Shown piece by piece: positions 12,401 through 25,236 of a stretch of DNA of 64,000 nt (its first letter is position 1; every line of letters starts with the position of its first letter). The notes beneath the pieces are model-generated. The model did no database searches. It was not told the DNA's origin and saw nothing but the letters and a program-made list of their open reading frames with translations. Made by a program: the position numbers and the translations under genes. The stretch comes from Bugula neritina (lineage: Eukaryota; Animalia; Bryozoa): assembly GCA_964035545.1 (NCBI GenBank), contig OZ037766.1:15614722-15678721 (forward strand), read 5' to 3'.

Positions 12401-15400
12401 TTCCAGGGCTGGTGGGCAGAGATGTTACGGCTTTGGTAGAGTTTACTAAAGTTCTGTGCTCTGACTTTCAATATAACAATGACACTGCAGTTCCTAGGGT
12501 TTACTTCAACTCTGAGGTTAGTTCTCCTTCCACAGAGTTTCTTAAATAATGGATAGCTTTATCTCAAGTGAGGATTTACTAAACACAGTATATCCTTTAG
12601 ATCTGTATATGTAATGTATACATCTTATTAAATTCATTCTACTAGATCTGGCTACTGGATATGATGAAATTCTGAGATGGCGAAGCACATATTATCAGTT
12701 TTCACATACAAGAGTTGCTGCATGTGAACGTGTGCATGAATAACTTATAAAATTTTCATGTCTGTGCAACATGTTCGATATCTGTGTATTAATACTGTAA
12801 ACATACTCAATTAGTCTGATGTCTGCAACCTATGTGCACATCTTTGGTTTTTATTTCCAGGAATATCTCTCCACTAAACCGCTGACCATCGGATATTTAT
12901 ATTATTGGCCAATTGTTGAAGTCACCAAATCTGCTAAGAATGCCGTTACTAAAGTAGTTCAAGAGTTATCTTCTCAAGGTCATAAGGTAAGTGACTAGAA
13001 ACTGTCATTCTCAATGTCCCAGTGACACTTCAACAGTTGACACATGTAGAGAAATCACTATTCTCTTATATAGTCGGACTGGTTGGTTTGTGATGGTAAA
13101 GCATAGAGCTGACAAAGTAAGAGTGTCTTCTCAAGTTTCTGTTTTATTAGTTTAGTTTAGATATTAAAATTCTTAGTCAACCATGACATAACTTTGACTT
13201 TTAGCCCCCCTCCCCCCCCCCCCAGTCAACTTTCGGTATCAACTAATCATTGGCTCAGTATTACTGTTGGTTAAATGAAATAAGTCTGATAACTTAATTC
13301 ACTACAAGAGTTCAACAAACCTAAATGTTTATAGCATTTGACATCATAATTTATTGTGCAAATAATTGCATGTATTTCCCATAGTCCTAATAATTATGAA
13401 TAGAGAAGTTGCTGGCAGGGCAAGTTGGTAGCGGGGCAAGTTGGTAGCGGGGCAAGTTGGTAGCGGGCAAGTTGGTAGTGGACGAGTTGGTAGCAATTAG
13501 CAGTAAGGGATTAAACATGAGCTCTTTGCTAAAATATATATTTGTTGACTTATCAGCATACGCTCTTAGCACTTTGCCTAAATATGCTTACAATTAATAA
13601 GCAGCTTTGATACACTACTCTGTATAATGCTTTCTATAAAGTAATACATTTCTTTTAGGTTGTGGAATGGGAGCTACCTCAATCCGAGTGCATTCCTGGC
13701 AAACTTTTGCGTGATATTTTCTTTGCTGACGGCGGGGTTTCAGTTTTTCGACTTCTGTGAGTTGTCTAAAATATCTTGCACTGCCTACCTTGAAACTATC
13801 TGCCAACACATCCTCATTATCAAGTGAAGTATAGTTTTTAGAAGTTTTGTAATCTGTATTTGTAGAGAAAATGATGAGGTCTCTTACACTATAAAAAGAC
13901 TTCTTTCAACATTAGGATGGGTTGGCTGGTTTAAATACTACTTGGCATATACTGTCGGCTGGCTGGTAAGGTTCTAATACAATAAAATATTATCATTCTA
14001 ATTAAATTTAGTACTATCTTATGTCAACATCAAGTAGTGTGACCAGCCATGATGTGCAGTAAACTTGTTGTGCTCATTGTATTGTCATTTAGTGAATAGA
14101 ATATTTATTTGGTATACAATAAACAAAATATCTAATTTGGTATGCAATAAGCAAAATGTTTCATTTGTATAAAAATCTATTTTTTGTATAGCAAAGCCAA
14201 GTAAAACCAGTCTGTGATCTGATACATTTTTTTTTAAAATTGGCTTTCTCTTACTAAACTTTTAGAAAACCATGTGTTCTAAATTCCCATTTGCTATTCA
14301 CATTCTTCTATTGTCATAACATTTTAGTAATAACTCCTGGTGTTGTTCATTGTTTAGAGAATACAGCAAGCCTACAGAATTGGTTCAGTTTTACTCATAA
14401 CTAAACAATGTATTGCATTACACTTTACAATATCACTTTTAATAGCATGTTATTCTGTTCTATGGAAGCTACAAGCTTGACATTCATGTTTAAGTAGACT
14501 TGGTATGGTATGTGTGTGACATAACAATACTTTGCTGATTTATTTTGAATAGCTACCTAGTTGGTTCACAGAAAAGCATTTGGTTGGTATTGTTGGAGTT
14601 GAAAATGTCAATAAATGGTTTCAACTGACAGATACTGTGGAGGTTAGTGTAAGATATGTTAGATTATATTATTAATTGAGGGTGTTCATTGTATTCTATT
14701 AATTACTATTAAATTTTTAATTTAGTGTTGCATGACAAGACTTAGTTTTTACCATGCAATATGATTTGTTTTTGTCGGGCACAGGTATGTGCTACTTCTT
14801 CAGGTCTGATTGGCTGGACATAAGGGAGTTTTCTTCTTTCTTGCATCTTTCTCATTTTTTATGTTGAATATGTAAATAAGTATTACAGAATGCAGTTTTT
14901 AGTAAGCAACAGATTCTTTGAAAAACAGATTTAGTAAGAGAAGCACATTGCTGTCGGTCTCTTAGACAAAGAAAAATTTAATATTTAATAATAAATTAGT
15001 TGGTGTTATTTCTAATGCAGAAGTACAGGCAGATGTGGGTACAGGATTGGAGGGATAAGGGTATAGATGTGCTAATTACTCCAGCAGTTCCCGTTCCTGC
15101 TGAGTTTATTGACCAAGAAGAAGGTTGCATGTCAGGTACCTATATCTTCATTTTACTTAGACTAGTTGGTAAATCCATCCTTCATTCAAAGTAAACTATG
15201 TTAGCATGGGCAATTGGAAATTTGCTAATATATAATTTATTTTTTTATAAATGTGTTATTACGTTTTTAATATAAATTTAAATATATGTTAGCAAATATT
15301 CTACTTTTTGATAGCAAATATATTTATAGATCGTTTGTTTGTAAAATGGCTATCCTATTGCTGCTCTTCGGTTAATACGATATACTAACATAAGCAGGGA

Positions 15401-16663
15401 AAACATGTTGAATGAAACCAATCTGGGTGTTGATATTTTTTTTAAAGTAAACACTATCACTTGTATCAAAGTTAATTATAAACTATAACAAGGAAATACT
15501 CTTAACTAGTATAGACGACTGCAGTTGATGTATACATTTTTATTTTATTTTCACTAAATTTATTTAATAGAATGGGGGTAGAAAAAGTTGTTTGCAAGTT
15601 CATAATTTTCAATTCTTATCAGGGTCAAAAGCTTATTTAGAAAATAAATCATTTTAAATACTCATATTAAAGACACTTTTCTACTATGGTCAACCGTGAT
15701 TTCCTGCTTTACAATCCCCCCTATTCTACTCTAATCTGCTTCCAATTATATAGTTACAAATTAAGCTAGATTCTTGTCAACTCAGTATGGTGACAGTTAG
15801 AGTAGCATCAACAAAAATTAGTTTAATCTGCTTGGATGCACTTTAACCTAATTTAAGGTTTCAATTAGTCCATTCATTTTAAGTTGATTTACTCAATTGT
15901 TTTTTTATTTTCTGTGAGATTTTGCTCTATTCTGTTTATCGAATAGCATGTTTTCTGACTACAACAGGTTCAGGTTCTTATAGTTATTTGCTGAACATGA
16001 TAAACTTTCCAGCTGGAGTTGTTCCAGTGGGTAAAATATCTCCTGAAGAGGAAGTTAATGATTTCAAATGTTATCCTGATCATAATCAAGTTCATAAATG
16101 TCTTAAAAAGGTAATTCTAAACCAATTAATATATATGTAAAAGCTAAAAGGATTTTTTTCTAAAGACATCTGTTTCAGTATTCAGCCAATTAATCATAAC
16201 TATTTTTAAAAATTTGCATCAGAAATGACCATATCATAAATATTTTTTATTCTGACTTCCATCTTGGATTTAGCTTTAGAAACTAAAGGTAAAACAGGTA
16301 CCACCTGTGCCAAATATTGTTTTTGTGGTTTGGCTACTATTTAAATACCACGAAATTATTGACTAAATATTTACATAATTTTTAAATGCAATGTGTTTGC
16401 CAACATCTATGTGCAAAGTTATGTTGTCTTCCTCATGCCTATTGCAGTTATATATTTTGTTAATAAAATATGCCAATACATTTGTCACAGCAATTATCTT
16501 CTCTTTAGCAACATTTACTGCCAGATAAGACAACTTCACATTCTTATTATTTCAGAGTATCAAAGGAAGCACTGGTCTACCACTAAGTGTACAGTGTGTA
16601 GCTCTGCCTTACAGAGAAGAGATGTGTCTTAGAGTTATGAATCTCATCTCTAAACTCCAATAA
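9414..16663 (+). CDS. FAAH: FAAH-like amidase-signature enzyme, copy 1 (~599 aa). Exons 9414-9656, 9885-10055, 10156-10326, 10932-11130, 12174-12284, 12392-12516, 12861-12986, 13659-13756, 13866-13965, 14553-14642, 15021-15135, 15968-16110, 16556-16663
   Basis: N-terminal TM anchor; LFGIPFSLKE (catalytic Lys), SPGGSSAGEG and GSDIGGSVRVPAAWCG (both catalytic Ser), FPAGVVP and GLPLSVQCVALPYREEMCL. All introns are GT-AG with consistent phase. Confidence 0.92.
13407..13495. repeat. 16-bp minisatellite (caagttggtagcgggg) x ~5.5 in intron 7 of FAAH copy 1
   Basis: Visible GC-rich tandem repeat; probably a DNA-transposon remnant (inference). Confidence 0.85.
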
Positions 16664-17929
16664 TAGGTACCAGTTTGCTATGAAATGATTTCTGTCGTCT
16701 GCAATTAATTCTACATAATATAGTCAGCTGAGTTTTTAACCTTTATCATACCGTTGAGGTTTGTTGCTCTCTAAGAAAACAAATTTTTGTTTGTTTTTAT
16801 CTTTGTTTCAAAACCTTTTCTTATTAAACCTATTTAAAAGCTTGTTCATGCAGAAATTTTAACTGAAATTTATGTTAATTTATGCTGGAGTACAATCTAG
16901 ATTTTCTTGAAATTTTATTATTTACACCTAAGAATAAACTGTGCCAAAAGTTAGACACATCATACTAATGTACTTAGAAGTGAAGTTGCAGTAATGAATT
17001 TACAATTTTGCATTTAAGATGCCAGTTAATTGCTTGTTTTACTAAATGTATTTTCATTACAATATTTTTTGCTAAATTCGAGGCAAATATTTCTGCAATT
17101 GTTGCATTAGCTGTACATTATTGTTAGCTCCATTAGTTGTTTTGTTTAATTATATATTCCATTTTGTAACCAAATAAACTTTTAGAATAAAAATGATGTT
17201 TTCTATTAAATCTACTGTACTGCAGCCTTTTCATAGAGTTAAAAAGATTTTACTGGGAAGTTGGAAATTTGGGCAAACTTAAAAAGATTTAACGTTAGTG
17301 TTTCTTAAGAACGCTACTAAGAGAAGGTCAAGTTAATCACTGATATGCTTATAGCATCCTCTGCTCAACCTGCTAACACATGACAATAAACTTTCTAATT
17401 ATAACTCATCACATCATCCATTAGGTTGTAACTTTCTCTGAAATAGTTAACCTGGAATAAAACATTTAATTTTATGCATGTTATAGTCTGTGTTATGAGA
17501 AAAACAGCATTTAGCAGGCGTGTAGTTTTTAGTGTATTCCGAATGGGGAAAAAATTATTCAACAAGAGCTGCTAAAATAATAAACATTTACTGTTAATTG
17601 AAATTTTTAACCAGATAAAATGTAAATGACTAGGTGATTAGGTTCCAAAATGCATGTATAATTATTTAAAATTTGCCTGTTAGTGCATGGGATCAATGGA
17701 CCTCAACTTCACACTGTTAAACAAATTGGTGCAAGATTATCATAGTTATGACTTATGAAAGTTATTACATGATAATGTTCATAATTGCGACAGTCCATCA
17801 TACTTGGGCCATGTTAATCCTTAGCTTTAAATAGCAATATTATAATATGTTTTGAATCCCAGCCACCCTATTAAAACATGGCGGTGATTGGTGAACAGCA
17901 TGAAGTATGTTTTTAATTGACATTTCCAA

Positions 17930-18120
17930 CAACTATCTCGATCTCTTTTTGCAATCCCTCTATAGAGTTCGGATAGAGTATGATGTACTCTTGCAAGTTA
18001 ATAAGTGGCTCCAGAATCCAATGACCTGCATGTTATGTGGTCACACTGTTGACATCGGAAGTCGTCATTCACCTGAGTGTCTGTTGAGCTGAGCCTAACC
18101 TTTCGTCCTGCTCCCAGCTC
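17930..18120 (-). mobile_element. Possible 3' fragment of an RTE-type LINE
   Basis: The minus strand reads FRCQQCDHITCR-(frameshift)-IGFWSHLLTC, resembling the C-terminal CxxC...SRIGLxSH zinc finger of RTE ORF2. It is absent from the paralogous region near 34860. Confidence 0.4.
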
Positions 18121-18256
18121 GTCTCTATCATTGCTAAGTGTAATTATTTAGTCACGTGCCGTATGCATTGGTTAGATTCAGCGTTCAGCTATTAGTAGTA
18201 TGCGATAGAGATCATCAAGCTGTGGTAACTCTAATATAAATAGAATATAATACTAG

Positions 18257-18766
18257 TGTAACGTCTACCCCAGTTTATTGATAACAGGTTGCACTGCTGG
18301 TGTTTTGTTGATATTTATTTAACTGGTAACCAACGTGAAACTACAATAACACAATAATACGATTTAATAATAAAGACATTATTGAAAGAAAAATGAAACA
18401 TACAAAAATTACAAAATTGTTGCAAAACAATGTTTAACATACCTCTATTACCCTTCCTGGGGAGAGTTAGAATTAAGTATATAAAATTGTGATGGTGAAA
18501 GTTTAATCAAATGAAGAGTGACTAGTTAGAACTGCAACAGTCAGTAGAGAAATGAAGGCATAAAACACTTTAGCTATTATAACTTTGCTACAAGCTATAA
18601 AAAGCTGACAGCTATTCTGTTAGCAAAATCATTGCATTGTAATAATGAAAACAAAGCTATTTGTGGTTTACGAAAAAGCTGTGGCTATGTGAGTAGCTAA
18701 GTGAATATAAGGGTGAATGGTATGCAGTAGTGAGTACTATAATAAAAAAATGATCAAAATGCTACA
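18257..18766 (-). repeat. 3' LTR of the BEL/Pao element
   Basis: tgtaacgtct...aatgctaca; direct repeat of 22487-22996 and adjacent to the PPT. Confidence 0.97.
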
Positions 18767-18779
18767 CTCCCACCTAAAA

Positions 18780-20210
18780 TTTAGGATGAAATTTTACTTT
18801 GTGCTTTTACTAAAACTACTAATTTACTCAATGGCCTGACGAGCCTTCACTTTGGGGTATCTATGTACTGTTAGTAGCAGCCTCATGGATCTCACTACTC
18901 ATTTCAAAACGTTAGACTTGGCATTGACTAGTCAGAAACCATGAGATCAATTGTGATCTAGTGTAAATCCTAGACCTTGGTGAGCAGGAAGTGAGTGATG
19001 ATGGCTAATTAGTAGCGCGGTCATATGTGCAGATTAGGGTAAGATGATAGGGTGCTTCTTATCATGTGACAGGGTGATACATTCTTGAAGTCTCCCACCA
19101 ATACGATTTAGAGCTTTTGAGTCTAATAATAGATCTAGCGTTGTCAGGCAACTAGATTTTTTTTTCGGAGTCTGAGATGCCTTGAGCACGGTAATCTCAT
19201 TTAAAAAATACGCTGCATGTATGAGTTGAAGGATAGTTTGTTTGGCATTTTGAAAATTGAACGGGGCATTTTTGCTTAAGTGCTTTTGAAATGTGGCAGT
19301 TGCCCTGACTGCTCTGTTTTAGTCAGAGAACTTTTCCAAGCATCCATCGAGTGAAAAGTGAACTGTTTGTGAGATGAATGACAATGATGACTGTTTTACC
19401 TCCACATGTTTAGAGTTTATGTACACCAATGGCTGTGTGGGTAAGATATTAGGTTCGGTCCTGGGAAATTGTTTCTACTCTCTTTGCAACACATGTGTGA
19501 AAACGATCAGCAGGATTACTTTTATGGTCAAGAACAACAGTGGAGTCAGAATAGAAGTATGTGCTGATGTTTGAAATGTCAAGTTCTTTGATATATTTTG
19601 TGACCGATCTGACAGCACTTGCTGCTGCCTGAAGTTTGAGTCATGAAACTTGTCTCATTGGTGCGACTTGGGCTTTACCTGAAAGCAGTGCAACATGCAC
19701 TCGCCTTGCCGAGTTAACTAGTCGAAGGTATGTGCAGTGATCATAGCCCACTGTACTGGCGTCAGCAAAAGTGTGGTTAAGCAGTTTCCTATGAATCAAA
19801 GTCATGAGGAGTGAGACATCGAGGTATGGTGATATGATTGACAGGCGTCAAGTCTGATTTCCAAGCAGACCATCTGAGTCTGTGAGTGATGCATTCTAAT
19901 CAAGGTTATTAGAACACGTCTTTTGTAAAATAGTTTTGCCCTAGAGAACAAAGGGAGCTATCAGACATCGGGGTTCAAAAACTAAGGCTACTGTGGATAG
20001 GACACCTTTCCTAGTGTCCGGTTTGATAATGGGCGATATTGGAATGTGAATTGATCTTGCGCAGTATCCCATAGGGCACGAAGTGATAGTTCTTGAAGTA
20101 ATGAATCAAAGGTGAGATCTAGGGTGTCAAGTGTGTTTGCACACTCACTCCTGGGTAACTGTGATATGACAGACTTACTGTTAGAGGCTATTTTGTGGAG
20201 CCACAATTGA
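18780..20210 (-). pseudogene. Decayed, internally deleted BEL/Pao pol (RT end, RNase H, integrase fragments)
   Basis: Fragments LHKIASNS...WDTAQDQFTF, LIAPFVL*GKTILQ, FADASTVGY, KAQVAP, RIGGRLQ and KHPIILP, interrupted by stops and frameshifts. Confidence 0.85.
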
Positions 20211-20307
20211 CTGGTTTGACAAATGGACTAAGTTTGTTTGGTGAGGGTGATTTGGGTTGTTTATCTGATGCGTTTTGTTGAGAGCTTTGTCTTTCTGGGT
20301 TTTATCG

Positions 20308-21804
20308 TTAATCTGGTTTTATGGTGGGTTGCTTGTTTGAATCATTAGATTTCGTTACGTTTCTGGGATATTTACGCATTTTGTGAAGAGAAGTTGGGTG
20401 CCTTTCTTTGCAGATATTGCAAACAGCAGGAGATCCACATCCCTTGGCAATGTGGTTATCATCTAAACAGGCATAGCAAAGGCGTTTGTCTCTTATGAAC
20501 TCATGAACTTCTGAAAATGGCAGGAGGTTTAGCTTGCCACAAACAGCAGTTTTGTGATTGTCCATTTTGCAAAATATACATGCATGAATGTGTGTTTTGG
20601 ATTGCTGTGGAGTGACTTCAGTTTTCTGTGTAGCAAATGTTCTCTTTGATATCACAGGTTTTTTAATGATGTCTTGGGTTTTTGTCTTTGCTTGCGTGTT
20701 TGACTCATGGAGAACTTTTGACATGTTGAAAGCCTCATTGAAAGCCATCTTCAACTTCTGGTATTTCTGTGTATTGCTCAAAAACATGGGCGGTTCTAAT
20801 GGACGTTGCCTAACTAGGTTGATACTTTCAGCGTAATCATCAGGTGTGAAGGCAGGTTGCCGTTGGTGACTGGAGGTAGTGATGGGGCTTTGATAAGCAG
20901 GCTGGAGAACATTCCTTGAACTTTTGGTAGACTGTACAAAAGGATTTGTGGATGGTGGAGGCGTCATGAACTGTAAGAAAGGGTTTGTAGATGCTACAGG
21001 TGCCAATGGAATAATGTGAGGTTGTATTATGTTTTGTTCTGGAGGCTGAGGTTTGTAAATTATTGGTTGAGGTGGAGCAGCTGGTATAATAGACAGTGAT
21101 TGGTTTAGAAGAGGACAGGAGCTATCTTTCTCTTCCTCTTCTTCAATGGCTTGGGCTATGACTTGCTCTTCAGCCTGCGCTGCGTCTATTTCAGCCTGGA
21201 GCTGTTGCTGTTTGATAGCGTTTGCAAGTTGACTTGCTTGCTGTTGTAACTCATAAATTAATTGTGCAGATTCTAATTTCTTTCTTAGTGCGGCTGCTTT
21301 AGCTTTAGATTTTACCTGCATTAATCTTAGCTGTGACTGTGAGCTAGCACGAGATGAGTGACTGGATGAAGCCGATTTTGAACTAACAAAGTGACTAGCA
21401 GATCCTAAGATCTCGAAGCGCTGATTTTCTTGTGCTGGCTCGAAGCCAGCAGCTTTTGTTTTAGTTGAAAGTTTACTCATTCGATCTATGGCATCACCAA
21501 TCAATGTTTCACAATCGGAATGCAATCTATCCATTTGATTTCGGACTCGAAGATCTGGCTCATGGTCTCCTAGCATCTGGCGCCACTCATCATAGGTTCC
21601 CTCTAAGTTGTGTTTAACTTGAGATAGTTGGTTTTTATAACTTTCCAATGAGTCGTACGAAATATCCTGTTTTGATGCAAAGTGTGAAAATATAGCTTCG
21701 TGTAACTCAGCACAGTTTTTGATTTCATTGTCTAGCTGTGCAGCTTTCTGAATAATTTTTGTTCTTGAAAATATATGGGGTTTTGAGGTGTTTGATTTAG
21801 ACAT
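20308..21804 (-). CDS. gag: BEL/Pao Gag-like protein (498 aa)
   Basis: Uninterrupted ORF with a coiled-coil region and the BEL-type triple Cys-His knuckle (CIFCKMDNHKTAVC, CYACLDDNHIAKGC, CNICKERHPTSLH). Confidence 0.88.
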   Translation of the reverse strand: MSKSNTSKPHIFSRTKIIQKAAQLDNEIKNCAELHEAIFSHFASKQDISYDSLESYKNQLSQVKHNLEGTYDEWRQMLGDHEPDLRVRNQMDRLHSDCETLIGDAIDRMSKLSTKTKAAGFEPAQENQRFEILGSASHFVSSKSASSSHSSRASSQSQLRLMQVKSKAKAAALRKKLESAQLIYELQQQASQLANAIKQQQLQAEIDAAQAEEQVIAQAIEEEEEKDSSCPLLNQSLSIIPAAPPQPIIYKPQPPEQNIIQPHIIPLAPVASTNPFLQFMTPPPSTNPFVQSTKSSRNVLQPAYQSPITTSSHQRQPAFTPDDYAESINLVRQRPLEPPMFLSNTQKYQKLKMAFNEAFNMSKVLHESNTQAKTKTQDIIKKPVISKRTFATQKTEVTPQQSKTHIHACIFCKMDNHKTAVCGKLNLLPFSEVHEFIRDKRLCYACLDDNHIAKGCGSPAVCNICKERHPTSLHKMRKYPRNVTKSNDSNKQPTIKPD

Positions 21805-22486
21805 GACTTATTTAGATATGAGAGCGTTAGTTCTTATTTACAGAGAAATTTTGTGAAATATTTTATCACTAATTTGCTACAGTTTATCGCAGCAGGTACA
21901 GGACAAAAGTGACAGGTGATGTGGGATGATTGAAGAAACCTATTATTTGATGAGCAGATTATGGTGAAAAATGTCAGCCAATATCAAAATATTTGATAAT
22001 GTTCCAAATTAATCCACTAGCTTTGTGATTTCACTATTACAAGTACTAATGTTACAGTATTTCAAAAGATGAACACTAATTCAGCCTAGTTATATTAAGC
22101 TTAACATAATCAAGATTATAAAAAGAAGTGTTGATGTGCTATTACTTAATTTAAGTGATTATAGTAGGTAAGAAACTCAAGTGTTGTAGATTTAAACCAC
22201 AATGATACATTGAACAACTTATCGTTTGAGTTAGTTGTCTGTTGACCTCTGGCTCCGTCTGTGTAGTTCTGATCCGTGATGTTGTGCTAGCTGTCAAAAT
22301 GGTGTACTGGTGATGATAGTTGAAACTGAGTGCAGACAGGAACTGAATCTTGAACTTTACTGGCTTTCTGGGTTGATTCTTTGAGTAATCCACTTCAAGG
22401 CAATGAGTTGCAGCAGGGTTTGTGTCTTTTTGGTTTTGGCAGCAACTGCACAGAACTGGTCTTTTCAGAAGTAGGTAGAGTTTCAC

Positions 22487-22996
22487 TGTAACGTCTACCC
22501 CAGTTTATTGATAACAGGTTGCACTGCTGGTGTTTTGTTGATATTTATTTAACTGGTAACCAACGTGAAACTACAATAACACAATAATACGATTTAATAA
22601 TAAAGACATTATTGAAAGAAAAATGAAACATACAAAAATTACAAAATTGTTGCAAAACAATGTTTAACATACCTCTATTACCCTTCCTGGGGAGAGTTAG
22701 AATTAAGTATATAAAATTGTGATGGTGAAAGTTTAATCAAATGAAGAGTGACTAGTTAGAACTGCAACAGTCAGTAGAGAAATGAAGGCATAAAACACTT
22801 TAGCTATTATAACTTTGCTACAAGCTATAAAAAGCTGACAGCTATTCTGTTAGCAAAATCATTGCATTGTAATAATGAAAACAAAGCTATTTGTGGTTTA
22901 CGAAAAAGCTGTGGCTATGTGAGTAGCTAAGTGAATATAAGGGTGAATGGTATGCAGTAGTGAGTACTATAATAAAAAAATGATCAAAATGCTACA
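22487..22996 (-). repeat. 5' LTR of the BEL/Pao element
   Basis: Direct repeat of 18257-18766, upstream of gag on the minus strand. Confidence 0.97.
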
Positions 22997-23084
22997 ACTA
23001 GCGTGGCGACTCGGAAAAACCACTGCCCAAAACACAATGTCAGTCAACCCGCACCGAACCGAGCAAAATTGTGCAAAAATTGCT

Positions 23085-23231
23085 TTATAAGCAGCTCCAA
23101 GTTAGGGGTGACTTAGTGCGGTAGCTTGCAGTTCTCGAGTTTAAAGCTGGGTTTCATTAATACCCCCAAATTTGAACTCGAGAACTGTAAACTACTGCAC
23201 CCAGTCACCCCTAACTTGGAACTGCTTATAA
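23085..23231. mobile_element. ~147-bp palindromic MITE-like element
   Basis: Long imperfect inverted repeat: ttataagcagctccaagttaggggtgact...agtcacccctaacttggaactgcttataa. Confidence 0.75.
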
Positions 23232-25123
23232 AATAACTTGGTTGCAAACATTTTTTACTGGTCTAACTGCAGCAGTATTCAGCATGACTTTTTGTAACTA
23301 GCCACTTTATCAATCATGTAACTCACTAATTGGTATCACTCTCTTAGTCTTAGTTTATGGTTACCGTAATCATAATGGAATTGGTGTTGTATTATATATT
23401 ATTCAGTGTTACTACACAAATTGAAATAGTAATACAATTATTGAATTATTGTTAGATTTAGAATAAGAATTACTAATAGTAATACTAATAGTAATAGTAA
23501 TAGTATTAGTAATACTAATACTAATACCAATAGTAATACTAATGGTATAAGTATTAACTATAAGTAGGCCATAATCATAAGTAATATCAATATCAATATG
23601 TAATATTATTTCAATAATAATATAGATATTAGTATTGGTATTACTATTATTATTACTATTACTTTATTAGTATTACATTCAATAGAAATGATTCAATGAA
23701 ATGTAAATCAAAATGAAAATATAATCGTAATGATAATGGATATATTCATATTGATTATCATTATATTCTAAATTACATTTTGATCTACATTTCATTGAAT
23801 CACAATGTTGAATATTAAATTTAATCATGATTAACTGTTTAACCTAATGTGAATATGAATATAAAACTCAATATCAATTGAATATGATTATGAATATGAA
23901 GTTGAATGTAAGCTAACTAAAAAGAGTCCAATTAATTATTAAACTTGATATAATGAAAGATTGCATATATGAGTATGAGTCTTACTGTCGCTGCGAGTCA
24001 TACCATCTGAGACAGTATGAGTGTGACTGTATGATATTGATACTGTATGCATATCAGTATGGGGCGGTGGAAATGAGTGTGATCAACCTTTTTTTATTCC
24101 AGTATGAATATTTATGAGGTTGTTTTTATTTTACAATGCATATTGAAATATAGTTACCCTTCTCTAACTGTAAAGTGAAAATGAAACTGAAAGTCAAATA
24201 ATTTTGGTTATAAATATTAATCATAAATTTGATCAAGTCTAACAATTATGCATTATGATATTTCCCATATTAGCATATTTCTGAACCAGAATACTAATAG
24301 TATTGTGTACTTGCTAATAATTTATATGATGTAATAGTACATATTTAGGAAGTAATTACATTTTAAATGTTACATAAAGCTATTTAAATAGAGAAGTTTT
24401 ATTGTATTGCTGAACTTCAATGTCTGTTGTAGTTAGATAGTTGTTTTTTGTTCACCTTAACTTTATATTAGCAAAAACCACAGTCACTTTATTATTTTCT
24501 TCTATTTGAACTGCTGGTTTATTAGCAGAATAGCATTTTTTAAAACTTGCATAAATACATACAAAACTGAGTATTGCACATAATTACTCAAATTTTATTT
24601 GATTTTATTTTTGCTCAAGCTAAGACTAGATCTGACTTGTTAATACTCCACCAAGTTCTGCTCTTTTTTATTTAGTTTGGTATTTGAGTTACTGGTTTGA
24701 AGCTTTGACGGAGGTTTATTATCATTATGGCATATTGTGAATTACCATGATAGTATGGTTATCTCTTTGGCTATTGGTTTATGTAGCATAAGTATCATTA
24801 TAATTAAAATAAATAATGATAATTCCTTCTTAAATTCTCCCTCTTGAATTAATTTTTAAATTTCAAATACAAAATAAAATATTGCTATTCAAAAGTATTT
24901 TAACACCTAGTGGCTATCATATTACTAAAACATTTGAAACTTACTGGTTCTAACCAATACAGTGTTAGATATCTACATGGAAGACAAAATTGTCCTAAAG
25001 ATTTTGCATTATCCAACCTTATATAATGCATTTAAACACAGTTTTGCCTTTCCTATATATAGTATAATTTGTTTTATAATGCCCATAGTTCCTTAAACTT
25101 TATTGGAAATATGTTCAGTAAAC

Positions 25124-25189
25124 CTTTAATTTTAAAAAGATTTCTCAGAAGAGCTAAAGTTCTTCTGAGAAATCTTTTTAAAATCAAAG
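25124..25189. repeat. Near-perfect 66-nt hairpin
   Basis: 32-bp arms with one mismatch and one G-T pair, and a 2-nt spacer. Confidence 0.9.
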
Positions 25190-25236
25190 AGCTGTTGCAT
25201 AATTGTTCTTGCAGGGTATTCTGGAGTGAAAACATA

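Larger units (their letters stand above)
18257..22996 (-). mobile_element. BEL/Pao LTR retrotransposon, non-autonomous and recently inserted
   Basis: 510-bp TG...CA LTRs (18257-18766, 22487-22996) with no difference seen by eye. TSD ACTAG at 18252-18256 and 22997-23001. PPT AGGTGGGAG on the minus strand next to the 3' LTR. Contains a gag ORF and pol remnants. Confidence 0.96.

Noticed and set aside
13407-13495. CRISPR-like repeat
   Set aside because: The 16-bp units are contiguous with no spacers, in a eukaryotic intron.
20588-20836. 82-aa + strand ORF (and the 111-aa ORF at 22151-22486)
   Set aside because: The first is antisense to gag and the second lies in the retroelement leader; neither has recognisable motifs.
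25069-25236. 56-aa N-terminal extension of FAAH copy 2
   Set aside because: It starts at TTG, crosses a hairpin and a splice acceptor (25214), and is not conserved in copy 3.
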